From Cyanobacteria bacterium auto_48_18 (GTDB lineage Bacteria > Cyanobacteriota > Vampirovibrionia > Obscuribacterales > Obscuribacteraceae), in assembly GCA_036170915.1 (NCBI GenBank), contig JAVHQC010000025.1, positions 84,155-148,154 of the forward strand: DNA of 64,000 bases, read 5' to 3'. Under the pieces are notes generated by a model. That model did no database searches. It saw only the letters and a program-made list of their open reading frames with translations, and was not told the DNA's origin. Shown here one piece after another: positions 50,305-60,020 of the stretch. The position numbers were made by a program, and so were the translations under genes. Every line of letters starts with the position of its first letter. Within the stretch, counting starts at the first letter, position 1.

Positions 50305-51951
50305 ATGCCGTCTTCAGCTTTCAAAAGCCAGAAAACTATTTCAGCTCTCAGATTGGCCACAGCCACTGCGGTCACGGCTCTAGCTCTGACAACAATTGCC
50401 TGCCCAGAAAAGCTCTTGTTCTCCCTCAGCCAATGCAGGCAATTTTTATGCCGGCAGTGCATCGGCTACACAAGCGCTTTGACAGAAAATATTACCTATA
50501 ATTTCGCCCAGCCAAATACTCGAATCGAGCTTGCTCTAGAGGCCCAGAGCAAGCTTACACGCGAGCAAAAGCACGCTGCCCTGGCCAGGCTGAATTCTAA
50601 TGAACTGATCGAAAAAGCCATTCTCAATTACAGCCTCGGCAACTTTAAAGCCTGCCTTGAGTTGTTAGATTTCCTGCTTCTGACACCATCTTCCGATGCT
50701 CAAGAGTCGCTGCTAAAGCTGCGGGGGCTCTGCCTGGAAAATCTCCATCGCTATCCGCAAGCATTGAAGCAATACAGCGACAGCCTCATGACCAGGGCTC
50801 AAAACGTTGAAAATTTAAAAGCCAGAGCGCGTGTATACATTCAATTAAACAAGGGAGACTTAGCCCTGGCCGATCTTGAGAAAGCGCTAAGCGTGAGCAC
50901 TTCAGCTCAAGCAAGTGAGATTTCAGTCTTGCTGGCAAAAATGCTTTTTGAACAAAATCACAAAGCGCAGGCAATCAAACTTTTGCAAGACAATTGCCAG
51001 TCAGCAATGAAAATTACAGACCACGACAAACGGCCATTAAGCAGCCCTCTGGCCAGCCTTGACCTGTTGGCCAGCATCTATGTAATCGAGGGCAAATATT
51101 CTGAAGCGTTGCATATACTCAATATAGAAATGAAATTGGCTAGCGAAAAGCTTGGCAGCACCTATAGCTCTGTGTGGCGGAAGCAAGCATGGCTACTGGC
51201 TTTTAACAAAAATGAACAGGCCAGTAATGCTACTTTGGCATCGCTCGCAACCCTAACGAAAAAAAACAGCGAGAAATTGGCCACTCAGTATTCTCAAGAC
51301 TGGCATGAGTGGCAGAAACTAGCCGAAGCCTTCATTTATTTGAAAAGGCCGCTCGAAGAAAAAATTTGCAGGCAGCATATTGTTTCCCTTACAGAGGGCG
51401 AGCTCACTGCCACAACACCTGACTTAGAGAGCTTGCGGGCTCTCATTCAAGCTTATGACGCCACAGCACAAGTGGCAGAGGCTAAAGTTGCCCGGGCCTT
51501 GTTTTATAAACAGGTTGAAGGGCTGGCAAAACTGTATGGTGATCCTGGCTATCAATTTTTATGGGGAGAAGAGCTGGCCTATCAAGGGTTAGCCTCTGAG
51601 GCACTGGCGCATTTTAAATCTGCCATTGCTCTTGCTCCCGAAAACATTCTATATAGGCGTCGTTGCAGCGAAATTTTATTAAGCCGAAAAGATTTCGGGC
51701 AAACGCAATTAATCACTGACCTGATTACAGGGGGTAATGATGCCGCACTATTGGCCCTTAGCGCCGCTGCCCACCAGGAGCTTGGTGACCTCTCAGGCGC
51801 CCAGAACAAGCTATCAGCGGCCCAGCGACTGGATTGTCTCGAACCTGCTATTTACAATGAACTGGCTAAACTCAATGCCAGACAAGGAAAACCAGACCTG
51901 AGCCAGAAAAATAAAATTGTCTCCTCCTATTTGCTTCTGTTAGCTCCGTAA
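50305..51951 (+). CDS. TPR-repeat protein, possibly exported
   Basis: N-terminal hydrophobic segment; TPR-like units such as RARVYIQLNKGDLALADLEKAL. Confidence 0.72.
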   Translation: MPSSAFKSQKTISALRLATATAVTALALTTIACPEKLLFSLSQCRQFLCRQCIGYTSALTENITYNFAQPNTRIELALEAQSKLTREQKHAALARLNSNELIEKAILNYSLGNFKACLELLDFLLLTPSSDAQESLLKLRGLCLENLHRYPQALKQYSDSLMTRAQNVENLKARARVYIQLNKGDLALADLEKALSVSTSAQASEISVLLAKMLFEQNHKAQAIKLLQDNCQSAMKITDHDKRPLSSPLASLDLLASIYVIEGKYSEALHILNIEMKLASEKLGSTYSSVWRKQAWLLAFNKNEQASNATLASLATLTKKNSEKLATQYSQDWHEWQKLAEAFIYLKRPLEEKICRQHIVSLTEGELTATTPDLESLRALIQAYDATAQVAEAKVARALFYKQVEGLAKLYGDPGYQFLWGEELAYQGLASEALAHFKSAIALAPENILYRRRCSEILLSRKDFGQTQLITDLITGGNDAALLALSAAAHQELGDLSGAQNKLSAAQRLDCLEPAIYNELAKLNARQGKPDLSQKNKIVSSYLLLLAP

Positions 51952-52094
51952 TAAACCATACACAGAAACGTGTAAGGAATTCTCCCAATTGTCCCTGAGC
52001 CTGATATAGTCTAAGCTCAAAATATAGGTAGAATAGCTAGCGGCTTAACTGCCTTTTTTGCGTCTTTTAATTTACTGAATAAAGGTACTAACCA

Positions 52095-52304
52095 ATGAAA
52101 GAACTTACTAAAAAATTCATCGCTGATGAATCTGGTCAAGGTATTACAGAATACGGCGCTATTTTGGCTTTCGTTGCCATTCTAGTAGCCGTTGTATTCT
52201 CCATCACTCAAGGCGCTTTGAGCTCGGCGATTTCCAAAGCCTTCTCAGCTGTAGTTAGCCAATTGAACGCTTTGTCAGCCGCTGCAGCTTCTGCTTCATC
52301 GTAG
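52095..52304 (+). CDS. flp: Flp family type IVb pilin
   Basis: FIADESGQG|ITEYGAILAFVAILVAVV: prepilin cleavage site with E+5/Y+6 Flp motif. Confidence 0.9.
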   Translation: MKELTKKFIADESGQGITEYGAILAFVAILVAVVFSITQGALSSAISKAFSAVVSQLNALSAAAASASS

Positions 52305-52326
52305 TCAATAGCTTCTAAGATCAAAC

Positions 52327-52357
52327 AAAAGGGATTGCTTTGCGGCAATCCCTTTTT
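52327..52357 (+). terminator. Intrinsic terminator after flp
   Basis: AAAAGGGATTGC-TTTGCG-GCAATCCCTTTTT. Confidence 0.88.
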
Positions 52358-52466
52358 ATTTGACGATTGTTCTTATACTTGAATGTATTGCTTTCGGTGC
52401 TGATGACATGGCCCCCAAAAATTGCCCCGTTGCCAAGACGTTCCTCTGCGGTGCCACACAACCGAG

Positions 52467-52492
52467 AAAAAAAAGACCGCTTCACAGCGGTC
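52467..52492 (-). terminator. Intrinsic terminator after ftsH
   Basis: GACCGCT/AGCGGTC stem with an eight-A run (U-tract on the minus strand). Confidence 0.8.
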
Positions 52493-52521
52493 CTTCTTTC
52501 TTCTATTGCTTCAGCTATCTA

Positions 52522-54510
52522 TCAAGCAAACTTGGGTTTCAAGTCTGGCATTGACTCATCACGAACATCAGATTCACCGGCGGCGTTACCACCAATAGTG
52601 GTGCCATCTTCTACAGCGATAGAAGGTGCAGTCGGCGGCGTCAAATCTGTTTTGTCTTTAGTGATGGTAGGTTCTTCACCGTTGGCAATCTTGCGATTGA
52701 TCTCTTCGATGATGGCGTCGACTTCAGCTTTATCGAGAGTTTCTTTTTCCAGTAGAGCCTTCACCACAGCGTCCATATGGGGACGATGCTGCACGAGAAT
52801 CTGTTTAACGCGATTGTACTGAGTCGAGATCATGTCTGACACTTCTTCATCAATTACCGTGGCAATATTTTCGCCATAATCGCGGTCATGACCAAAGTCA
52901 CGTCCCATAAATGGTTGATCGTTGCGCCGACCAAATGTCATTGGTCCAAGTCTTTCGCTCATACCAAATTCAGTAACCATGCGGCGCGACAAACCAGTGC
53001 TCTTTTCTAAGTCGTTCTGAGCGCCGGTGGTAACTTCACCGAAAATTACTTCTTCCGCCACTCTTCCGCCCAGAAGCACGCCGATTTGATCAACCAGCTG
53101 CGTTCTTGTATGAGAAAGTATGTCTTCTTCTGGATACGACATAGTCAGACCTAAAGCGAATCCACGAGGAATGATGGTGACTTTGTGCAGTGGATTGGCA
53201 TGAGGCAGAAGGATACACATTAAGGCGTGGCCCACTTCGTGATAGGCAGTAACCTCTTTCTCTTTTGGAGAAATAATGCGGGTTTTCTTCTCTGGTCCGG
53301 CAATCACTTTATCAATTGCCAGCTCCAAATCAGACATCTCGATTTCGCGTTTATCAGCACGGGCGGCAATCAGAGCCGCTTCGTTAATAAGGTTGCTTAA
53401 ATCGGCTCCAGTGAAACCAGGTGTGCGTCTAGCCAATACTTTCAGGTCAACGTCTTTGGCCAGTGGTTTACCACGACCATGTACGGTGAGAATCTGTTCG
53501 CGACCGCCAACATCAGGTCTGTCAATTACTACTTGACGATCAAATCGGCCTGGACGCAGAAGGGCTGAGTCAAGAATGTCAGGGCGGTTAGTGGCGGCAA
53601 CCACAATAATTCCGGTGGTGCCTTCAAAGCCGTCCATTTCAACCAGCAACTGGTTCAGTGTTTGTTCGCGCTCGTCATGACCACCCCCGAGCCCAGCACC
53701 ACGCTGACGGCCCACAGCGTCAATTTCATCGACGAAGACAATACATGGAGCGTGTTTCTTTGCTTGGTCAAAAAGGTCACGTACACGAGAAGCACCAACA
53801 CCAACAAACATTTCAACGAAATCAGATCCTGAAATGCTGAAGAAAGGCACGCCGGCTTCACCAGCAACAGCTTTTGCCAAGAGAGTTTTGCCGGTACCTG
53901 GAGAACCTACCAGAAGCACACCGCGAGGAATTCTGGCGCCGAGGGCCTGGAATTTCTCAGGGCTCTTAAGGAAATCTACAATTTCTTGCAATTCTTGCTT
54001 GGCTTCATCAATACCAGCAACGTCAGAGAAGCTGACCTTTACCTTGTTGTCTACCATCAACTTGGCGCGGCTGCGTCCGAAGCTCATAGCTTGATTGCCA
54101 CCAGACTGTGCGCTGCGGAACATGAAAAGCAATCCAGCCAATACCAGAATCGGCACGATGAATGAACTCAGCATACTGAGCCAAAGGCCCGATTTATCTG
54201 GATCGCGGGACTCAACGACAATATTGTTTTTGTTCAACTCGCGCAGTAAATCTTCTTTTGCTTCAGTGGGCACTATGACGGTACGATCGCTGTCAGTGCC
54301 TGCACTGGCCAGCTTAACTGCCAGTTGATTTTCGCCATTGACGAAAGTAACTTTGCGAATTTCGTTCGCTTTGCCCTCTTTAATCAGCGTCATCAAACGC
54401 GAATAGGTGAGCGGCTCTTCTTTTCTCCCCATGCTGGCGAGAGATACGGTGAAAACCACCAACACCAGTAGTAGTAAGAAAACGGCCCATGTTGTTCCGT
54501 ACTTCTTCAT
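52522..54510 (-). CDS. ftsH: ATP-dependent zinc metalloprotease FtsH
   Basis: Two TMs, [39 protein letters not shown]. Confidence 0.98.
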   Translation of the reverse strand: MKKYGTTWAVFLLLLVLVVFTVSLASMGRKEEPLTYSRLMTLIKEGKANEIRKVTFVNGENQLAVKLASAGTDSDRTVIVPTEAKEDLLRELNKNNIVVESRDPDKSGLWLSMLSSFIVPILVLAGLLFMFRSAQSGGNQAMSFGRSRAKLMVDNKVKVSFSDVAGIDEAKQELQEIVDFLKSPEKFQALGARIPRGVLLVGSPGTGKTLLAKAVAGEAGVPFFSISGSDFVEMFVGVGASRVRDLFDQAKKHAPCIVFVDEIDAVGRQRGAGLGGGHDEREQTLNQLLVEMDGFEGTTGIIVVAATNRPDILDSALLRPGRFDRQVVIDRPDVGGREQILTVHGRGKPLAKDVDLKVLARRTPGFTGADLSNLINEAALIAARADKREIEMSDLELAIDKVIAGPEKKTRIISPKEKEVTAYHEVGHALMCILLPHANPLHKVTIIPRGFALGLTMSYPEEDILSHTRTQLVDQIGVLLGGRVAEEVIFGEVTTGAQNDLEKSTGLSRRMVTEFGMSERLGPMTFGRRNDQPFMGRDFGHDRDYGENIATVIDEEVSDMISTQYNRVKQILVQHRPHMDAVVKALLEKETLDKAEVDAIIEEINRKIANGEEPTITKDKTDLTPPTAPSIAVEDGTTIGGNAAGESDVRDESMPDLKPKFA

Positions 54511-54542
54511 TTAATCCAATGCTCCAGAATGTCAATCAACAA

Positions 54543-54551
54543 ATTATAACA
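54543..54551 (-). promoter_or_regulatory. Putative extended -10 (TGTTATAAT) for ftsH
   Basis: About 32 nt upstream of the ATG, with GGAG in between. Confidence 0.6.
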
Positions 54552-54573
54552 TGATCCTATTGTCTTAACCGCC

Positions 54574-54598
54574 AGAAACCCCATCAGGTGGGGTTTCT
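54574..54598. terminator. Hairpin between tilS and ftsH, possible tilS terminator
   Basis: AGAAACCCCA-TCAGG-TGGGGTTTCT; weak U-tract. Confidence 0.5.
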
Positions 54599-54729
54599 CA
54601 AAAAGCAAGACAGAACCCACAACCTCATATTAGCAAGTAACAAGAATTCCGCCCCTTTCTCGCAGCCTTTTGCCGCCTTTGTTAACCCACCTACGTCTGT
54701 CATGGAGGTCGATAAACGATGGCAAAATC

Positions 54730-54758
54730 GCAGAGAAATTTACCCTAAATTTCTCTGC
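54730..54758. repeat. Dispersed intergenic palindrome, copy 4 (perfect 13-bp arms)
   Basis: GCAGAGAAATTTA-CCC-TAAATTTCTCTGC; the reverse strand aligns with copy 2 over about 35 nt. Confidence 0.9.
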
Positions 54759-54809
54759 AAATCGGCAATGGTCGGTTTGTGGCCGTCGGGACCAGCAGCA
54801 ATAATCTCA

Positions 54810-56336
54810 TCAGCAAAAACCTGATTTTTCAGTATTAATATCCAAAACCAAATCCATCAGCGAAATTACATGAGTGGGGCTGCTTTGCACCCTGACCTTT
54901 TCCGATAAACCATAACCTGGTACCCATAAGACTTCTTTACAGTCGGCCAGAACCGGGGTAAGCCGCTGAGCTAAGGTGTCATTGAACTGTTTGAGCAATG
55001 CTTGCGCTGGTACCTGACTGTCTCGATTAGCATGCAAATATTGCTTCAATCGCACTGGTCCGGGCATTCCAAGCGGCTGAATAATGTCTCCGTCCTGACG
55101 AGGTCGGAAAGTTAAGCTTCCCTGAACCTTCGACAAATCAACCAAGATATTGAGAGCTTGCCGATGGGGAAAACCTTCCAAAGCATGGCCAGAGTATTGA
55201 TTTGCCAATTCCACTGACTCAATTTTAAGCGCCTTGTTCAACCAGGGCACCACAATAATTTTAGTTTTGCCACCCTGCGGTAATAGCAGTGCCACCGGGG
55301 AGAGCAACAGGCGAGCTTGCTCCACTTGCTCAGCTCCTGCGTCTAATGCAGCGCTGGGCAGAATATCTAAAAGGCCATTTTTAATAGATAAATCAAAGCC
55401 ATCGGCCAATGACTGTCGCGTTTCTTGATTTTCGTAAGCGGCCGCTAGCACGCGTTCTACTCGGGTAAAGCTTGGTTCGATTCGATTATTTCGCATTAGT
55501 TCGCAAATTACTCGACGGCGCAAAGCAATGTGCATAATCTGCAAGCGCTCCACACTGAGGCCCTGCCCCCTGTCAGCATTTAGCTCATCATCTGCCAGCT
55601 GGTTTAAAAAATCATCTTCCTGGCGGCAAAGAACCTGCAAATGAGACATATTGGCAATTAAACCGGGAAAACGCTCTTGCAATAAAGGAATAATATCGAG
55701 GCGCAAAAAGTTGCGAGTGTAACTTTTGTCGTAGTTACTCTGATCGAAACGAGCTTTTGCACCAGTGGTTTGCAAATAGTCTTCAACAGCGGCGCGCTCT
55801 AAATCAAGCATTGGTCGCACCAGTGTGATCTGGCCGTCAGTATCAGTATCAGTATCCAAAAGTGAACGCACGGCTTTCATGCCGGCCAAACCATGTATAG
55901 ACGTGCCCCGACAGAGGCGAAAAAGCATGGTTTCTGCTTGATCGCTCAACGTATGGCCGCTCACCACATACGGTACCATCAACTTTTGCGCCACGTGCTT
56001 TAATGCCTGATAACGCAGCATGCGCAGTTGTTCTTCACTAGCATGCAATTTTTGATCAACTGCAATATTCAAATTTGCAAGTTCAAATGGCACTTCAAGG
56101 CTCTGACAGAGCTCCCGGCAAAATTGCGCGTCATTGTCGGAGGCCACGCCTCGCAAACCGTGATTAACGTGACAGGCAAAAATTTGCGCGTTTGGTAAAC
56201 CGGCCTTAAGTGCCATCAGTAGGCTCACCGAATCAGGGCCGCCAGAGAGGGCTACAAGAATTTTCACCGTTTCGGTGCGAGACAATTCTGTGGCGGCCAG
56301 AAAACGGTTTGCGACTAATTCTTCAAAAGGATGCAT
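54810..56336 (-). CDS. tilS: tRNA(Ile)-lysidine synthetase
   Basis: SGGPDS PP-loop, HVNHGLR, GHTLSDQAET, RPML, DQSN...RNFLR, TilS C-terminal domain; upstream of ftsH. Confidence 0.93.
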   Translation of the reverse strand: MHPFEELVANRFLAATELSRTETVKILVALSGGPDSVSLLMALKAGLPNAQIFACHVNHGLRGVASDNDAQFCRELCQSLEVPFELANLNIAVDQKLHASEEQLRMLRYQALKHVAQKLMVPYVVSGHTLSDQAETMLFRLCRGTSIHGLAGMKAVRSLLDTDTDTDGQITLVRPMLDLERAAVEDYLQTTGAKARFDQSNYDKSYTRNFLRLDIIPLLQERFPGLIANMSHLQVLCRQEDDFLNQLADDELNADRGQGLSVERLQIMHIALRRRVICELMRNNRIEPSFTRVERVLAAAYENQETRQSLADGFDLSIKNGLLDILPSAALDAGAEQVEQARLLLSPVALLLPQGGKTKIIVVPWLNKALKIESVELANQYSGHALEGFPHRQALNILVDLSKVQGSLTFRPRQDGDIIQPLGMPGPVRLKQYLHANRDSQVPAQALLKQFNDTLAQRLTPVLADCKEVLWVPGYGLSEKVRVQSSPTHVISLMDLVLDINTEKSGFC

Positions 56337-56460
56337 GGAACTACAGCATTAGCAAAACCAAAATCAAAAATAAGTGAGAAGATAGACCAAGGGAACATCA
56401 CCATCACTTTTTTCGACTAACTTAGTTATGTTACCAGTGTTGATGAGGCATGCCAGGGGA

Positions 56461-57273
56461 ATGAATTTCAAAAATTCAGCAGCAGTAAAAAAGATCAGAG
56501 CCAGCAACAAGAATGTGTTGTTGCTTAGCCTGAGCTTCGCCCTGTCCGCCAGCGCTCTTAACACTCCTTTGACAGCCCTGGCTGACGAGCCTCTCAAAGG
56601 CAACGTGCAGGAGCTAGGCGCCACTGAGGCTCCTACAAATCTGGCGCCTATTGTGCCCATGAGTGCTCCTGTGCTGAAAAAACGCAAGCCCCTGGCAGCT
56701 GACGCTCAAGATAATGGCTTAAAAGGCAACGCCCAAGAAGATGATGGCGGCCGGCTGCGCGGTCAGACTGGCGCTGAAGATTCCAGACCATTACAAGGCT
56801 CGGCCTCAGCTAGCGATATGCAATTGCAGGCCCAAGACGCCGATTCGCAAGATCAAGAAATGGCAGTTGAGTGGGACAAATGGCGCAATCGTCTTTTGCG
56901 CTCCATTCAGTCTGGCGTGCAAGAGTTGATTAATAATCCCGAAAATATGGTGCCGCACTTTGACCAGGCACGGGGTCGGGTGATTTTAGGGCCCAAAATT
57001 CCCCTTGGTCAAAAAGCCAGCTTTTTTGTGCGCGTATCCAATGATCGCCGGGTGACAAAGGCCAGAATCACCGCCTCTTCTGGCAATCCCGAGTTTGACA
57101 ACGCGCTGCTCGACGCCATTTACGCCTTAGACGGCAGCACAATTTTGCGCTTCCCCAAGGGTTCGCAAAGGGAGCGGGTTAATCAGGAAGCTACCATTGT
57201 GACCGCCGACCATGGCGAAAATGAATACTTCAAGTTCGGCGACGTTGAAAAGTATCGCGTACCTAGTCAGTAG
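56461..57273 (+). CDS. Exported protein with a TonB/TolA C-terminal-like domain
   Basis: Signal-peptide-like N-terminus; ITASSGNPEFDNALLDAI resembles the TonB_C/TonB_2 SSG...D motif. Confidence 0.6.
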   Translation: MNFKNSAAVKKIRASNKNVLLLSLSFALSASALNTPLTALADEPLKGNVQELGATEAPTNLAPIVPMSAPVLKKRKPLAADAQDNGLKGNAQEDDGGRLRGQTGAEDSRPLQGSASASDMQLQAQDADSQDQEMAVEWDKWRNRLLRSIQSGVQELINNPENMVPHFDQARGRVILGPKIPLGQKASFFVRVSNDRRVTKARITASSGNPEFDNALLDAIYALDGSTILRFPKGSQRERVNQEATIVTADHGENEYFKFGDVEKYRVPSQ

Positions 57274-57314
57274 TGCAGCGAACCTGTCTTTAGCTTGATT
57301 TGAGTTGAAAAATT

Positions 57315-57388
57315 TAGCACAGGGGGGGCTCGAACCCCCGACCTGGCGATTATGAGTCGCCCGCTCTAACCAACTGAGCTACCGTGCC
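57315..57388 (-). tRNA. tRNA with CAT anticodon (elongator Met or Ile2; not initiator); CCA not encoded
   Basis: GGCACGGTAGCTCAGTTGGTTAGAGCGGGCGACTCATAATCGCCAGGTCGGGGGTTCGAGCCCCCCCTGTGCTA folds as a cloverleaf. It has no C1:A72 mismatch and no three consecutive G-C pairs in the anticodon stem. Confidence 0.95.
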
Positions 57389-57416
57389 ATAGACAATCTA
57401 AGATGCAATGGCAACC

Positions 57417-57446
57417 ATTATCCGAACCCCCGACTTGGCGTGTCAA
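57417..57446 (-). promoter_or_regulatory. Putative sigma70 promoter of the tRNA (TTGACA-18 nt-GATAAT)
   Basis: Perfect -35 at 57441-57446 and GATAAT at 57417-57422 on the minus strand. Confidence 0.55.
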
Positions 57447-57543
57447 GCAAAAATACCGGCAGGCGGCAAAAGACAACAAAAATTCAAACTAGCCAGGCAT
57501 TGCAAGTAGCAAAGTGGACCAGCTGGCACACCGAAGCGAAATT

Positions 57544-58527
57544 TTAGACGGCGGAGCGCAGTTCAGATTGTGTCTTTAAATACCAGGCGACAAACCGGCC
57601 AACACCTTCATCAAAGCTAACTGAGGGCTGATAGCCAAGCACAGCGCGCGCGTGGTCAATATTAGCGAATGTGTAAGGCACATCGCCAATTTGCATGGGC
57701 TTGTGTACGACTTTGGCACCCTTGCCCAGATGTTTCTCCAGAGCCTTGACCATATCGAGCAACATAACAGGCTCACTGCGGCCTAAATTGATGATGTCGA
57801 AACCAGGCAACTTATAAGTCATTGCCGCTTCGATACCAGATACGATATCAGCCACAAAAGTGTAATCGCGCAGGCTTTTGCCGTCGCCATAAAGCTCAAC
57901 GGTTTTGCCCTCATCAATCAGATGGCAAAACTTGTGTATAGCTAGATCTGGCCGTTGCCTGGGACCAAAAACAGTGAAGAAACGCAAACAGACAATCTGC
58001 AAACCAGCTGTGTGATGAGCGGCAAAACACTGCAACTCGTTACCTGCTTTGGTAGCTGCGTATGGTGAAAGTGGTTGATCAACGCGATCGCTCTCTTTAA
58101 AAAATTCGCCTTCCCGGCCGCCGTAGACTGAGCTTGACGAGCCAAAAACAAGTCTGGTTTTACCTGCAAGGGGAATGAGGCGATCAAGAATTTTTTGAGT
58201 GCCCAGCACATTGACGTCAAAATAATTAGCCGGATTGTCCAGCGATGGCCGCACTCCAGCCATGGCCGCCAGATGCACCACAAGATCGTAAGGCGCGCCG
58301 GAGAAGACTTTATCTAAAGTGGAGTCATGACGAATGTCGCCTTCAATTAGCCTGTAGTGAGCATTTGACTGATGCTCAACTACATTGCGACGCTTGACAG
58401 CAGGATCGTAAAAATCGTTAAAATTATCTACGGCGACTACAGTGTCACCTTGCGACAGCAAGCTATCAATTAAATGTGATCCGATAAAACCGGCTCCACC
58501 AGTGACTAATATGTTGCGCCCGGCCAT
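57544..58527 (-). CDS. Nucleotide-sugar epimerase (UDP-glucuronate 4-epimerase-like)
   Basis: TGGAGFIG, HLAAMAGVRPS, YAATK, LRFFTVFGPRQRPDLA. Confidence 0.9.
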   Translation of the reverse strand: MAGRNILVTGGAGFIGSHLIDSLLSQGDTVVAVDNFNDFYDPAVKRRNVVEHQSNAHYRLIEGDIRHDSTLDKVFSGAPYDLVVHLAAMAGVRPSLDNPANYFDVNVLGTQKILDRLIPLAGKTRLVFGSSSSVYGGREGEFFKESDRVDQPLSPYAATKAGNELQCFAAHHTAGLQIVCLRFFTVFGPRQRPDLAIHKFCHLIDEGKTVELYGDGKSLRDYTFVADIVSGIEAAMTYKLPGFDIINLGRSEPVMLLDMVKALEKHLGKGAKVVHKPMQIGDVPYTFANIDHARAVLGYQPSVSFDEGVGRFVAWYLKTQSELRSAV

Positions 58528-59246
58528 TAGTTTGCGCGCCCTCGCTGCGATGCTTTGATCAATTTTTCAAATAAAGGTCGATTGGTTTCGTAATCTCTTT
58601 CAGGATGCCACTGCACTCCCACCACAAAATCTCGGCCATCCATCTCGATTGCCTCAATGATGCCGTCGGTGGCGGTGGCGACTACACGCAATTCCCTTCC
58701 CACTTTTTTCACACTTTGATGATGCGAAGTAGGTACATCAATAACGGCGGTGGCAAAAATATTCTTGAGCACGCCATCAGCATTGATTTGCACTTCGTGA
58801 AAAGCAAATCCGTTTTTCCAACCATTGACGCTTGAATGCTGCACATTTGACTGGGGCAAATGCGATTTGATATCTTGCACCAGAGTGCCACCTTGATTGA
58901 TATTTATTAATTGACAGCCCAGGCAGATACCAAGAATAGGCATTTGACTGTCCTTTAATGCTTCATTGGCCAGAGTAACATCGAACTCCTGGCGCCTTGC
59001 CGGGGTCAACTCGCAACTGGGGTCGGCAGTCTCTTCGTACAGACTGGGGCAATAGTCGGCCCCACCAATCAACATCAGCCCATCAAGCCGCCGCAGCACT
59101 TCACGCAAGTCTTCGCGTGGCATAGGAGCCAGCAATATTGGAATTCCACCGCTTTTTAAAATGGCGTCGGTGTAGGTGGTCTGAATAGCCGCTTCCTCTG
59201 GTGGACCGCTTTTAATATCCAGATTGATTCCAATTAAGGGTTTCAT
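58527..59246 (-). CDS. Gamma-glutamyl-GABA hydrolase family (peptidase C26, PuuD-like)
   Basis: GGAD, PILGICLGCQ, SHHQ, GVQWHPE triad motifs. Confidence 0.88.
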   Translation of the reverse strand: MKPLIGINLDIKSGPPEEAAIQTTYTDAILKSGGIPILLAPMPREDLREVLRRLDGLMLIGGADYCPSLYEETADPSCELTPARRQEFDVTLANEALKDSQMPILGICLGCQLININQGGTLVQDIKSHLPQSNVQHSSVNGWKNGFAFHEVQINADGVLKNIFATAVIDVPTSHHQSVKKVGRELRVVATATDGIIEAIEMDGRDFVVGVQWHPERDYETNRPLFEKLIKASQRGRAN

Positions 59247-59355
59247 GATGCCGTTGCCGCCTGAAAAAGATTCTAAAATAGCTTGCGCTGATTAAACCAG
59301 CTAAAAAGATACCAGATAACGGCATTTGAGAAAGAGAACTAATAAGAGGATTGCA

Positions 59356-60006
59356 ATGAAATCAGGGGATTCGACAAAGCTGGCGTCGGTTGAAGCGCTA
59401 TTTAAATCTGTAGACGCCTGGCAAACCGGCCACTTTCTGCTTTCCAGTGGTTTGCACAGCGACCAATACATGCAGTGCCAGCGCATTTTGCAATATCCAC
59501 TGCACGGCATCAGTTTGGCCCGGGCTCTGGCCGCCAAAATGCTGGCAGCCGGCATTAAACCAAAAGTTGTAGTTGGGCCGGCCTTAGGAGCGGTGCATCT
59601 GGAAGTTTATATGGCGCTGGCATTCAACGAATTACTCGACATTGAGGCTGACGCTGGCACTGGAACTGGAATTGGTCAAGTGCGTGCGGTTTTTGCTGAG
59701 CGCAACGACAATCAAGACTTTGTTATTCGCCGCGGCATTGAGCTGGCCCCCGGTGAGCCGGTGGTTGTGGTAGAAGATGTCACCACTACTGGTGGCTCTG
59801 CCAGAAAGGTTGTCGATCTACTCAGTGCGCTTGGTGCCAATGTCTTAGCTGTAGGTACGATTATCGATCGCAGCGGTGGCAGCGCTAAATTTGATCAACC
59901 ATTTTTTGCGCTGGAACAGCTGAATTTGCAAACCTTCCAGGCCGAAAGCTGCCCCATGTGCGCTTCGGGCAGCCAGCCAATTAAACCGGGCAGCAGCAAG
60001 AAATAG
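59356..60006 (+). CDS. pyrE: Orotate phosphoribosyltransferase
   Basis: GHFLLSSGLHS, VVVEDVTTTGGS (PRPP loop), C-terminal CPMC...KPGS; GAGG before ATG 59356. Confidence 0.93.
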   Translation: MKSGDSTKLASVEALFKSVDAWQTGHFLLSSGLHSDQYMQCQRILQYPLHGISLARALAAKMLAAGIKPKVVVGPALGAVHLEVYMALAFNELLDIEADAGTGTGIGQVRAVFAERNDNQDFVIRRGIELAPGEPVVVVEDVTTTGGSARKVVDLLSALGANVLAVGTIIDRSGGSAKFDQPFFALEQLNLQTFQAESCPMCASGSQPIKPGSSKK

Positions 60007-60020
60007 TTTTTTAGCTGAAA

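Noticed and set aside
52367..52822. 151-aa plus-strand ORF after flp as a tad accessory gene
   Set aside because: It crosses the ftsH terminator and is antisense to the ftsH 3' end.
57274..57314. Genomic island integrated at the tRNA 3' end
   Set aside because: No integrase and no downstream duplicate of the tRNA 3' end; the flanking genes look chromosomal.
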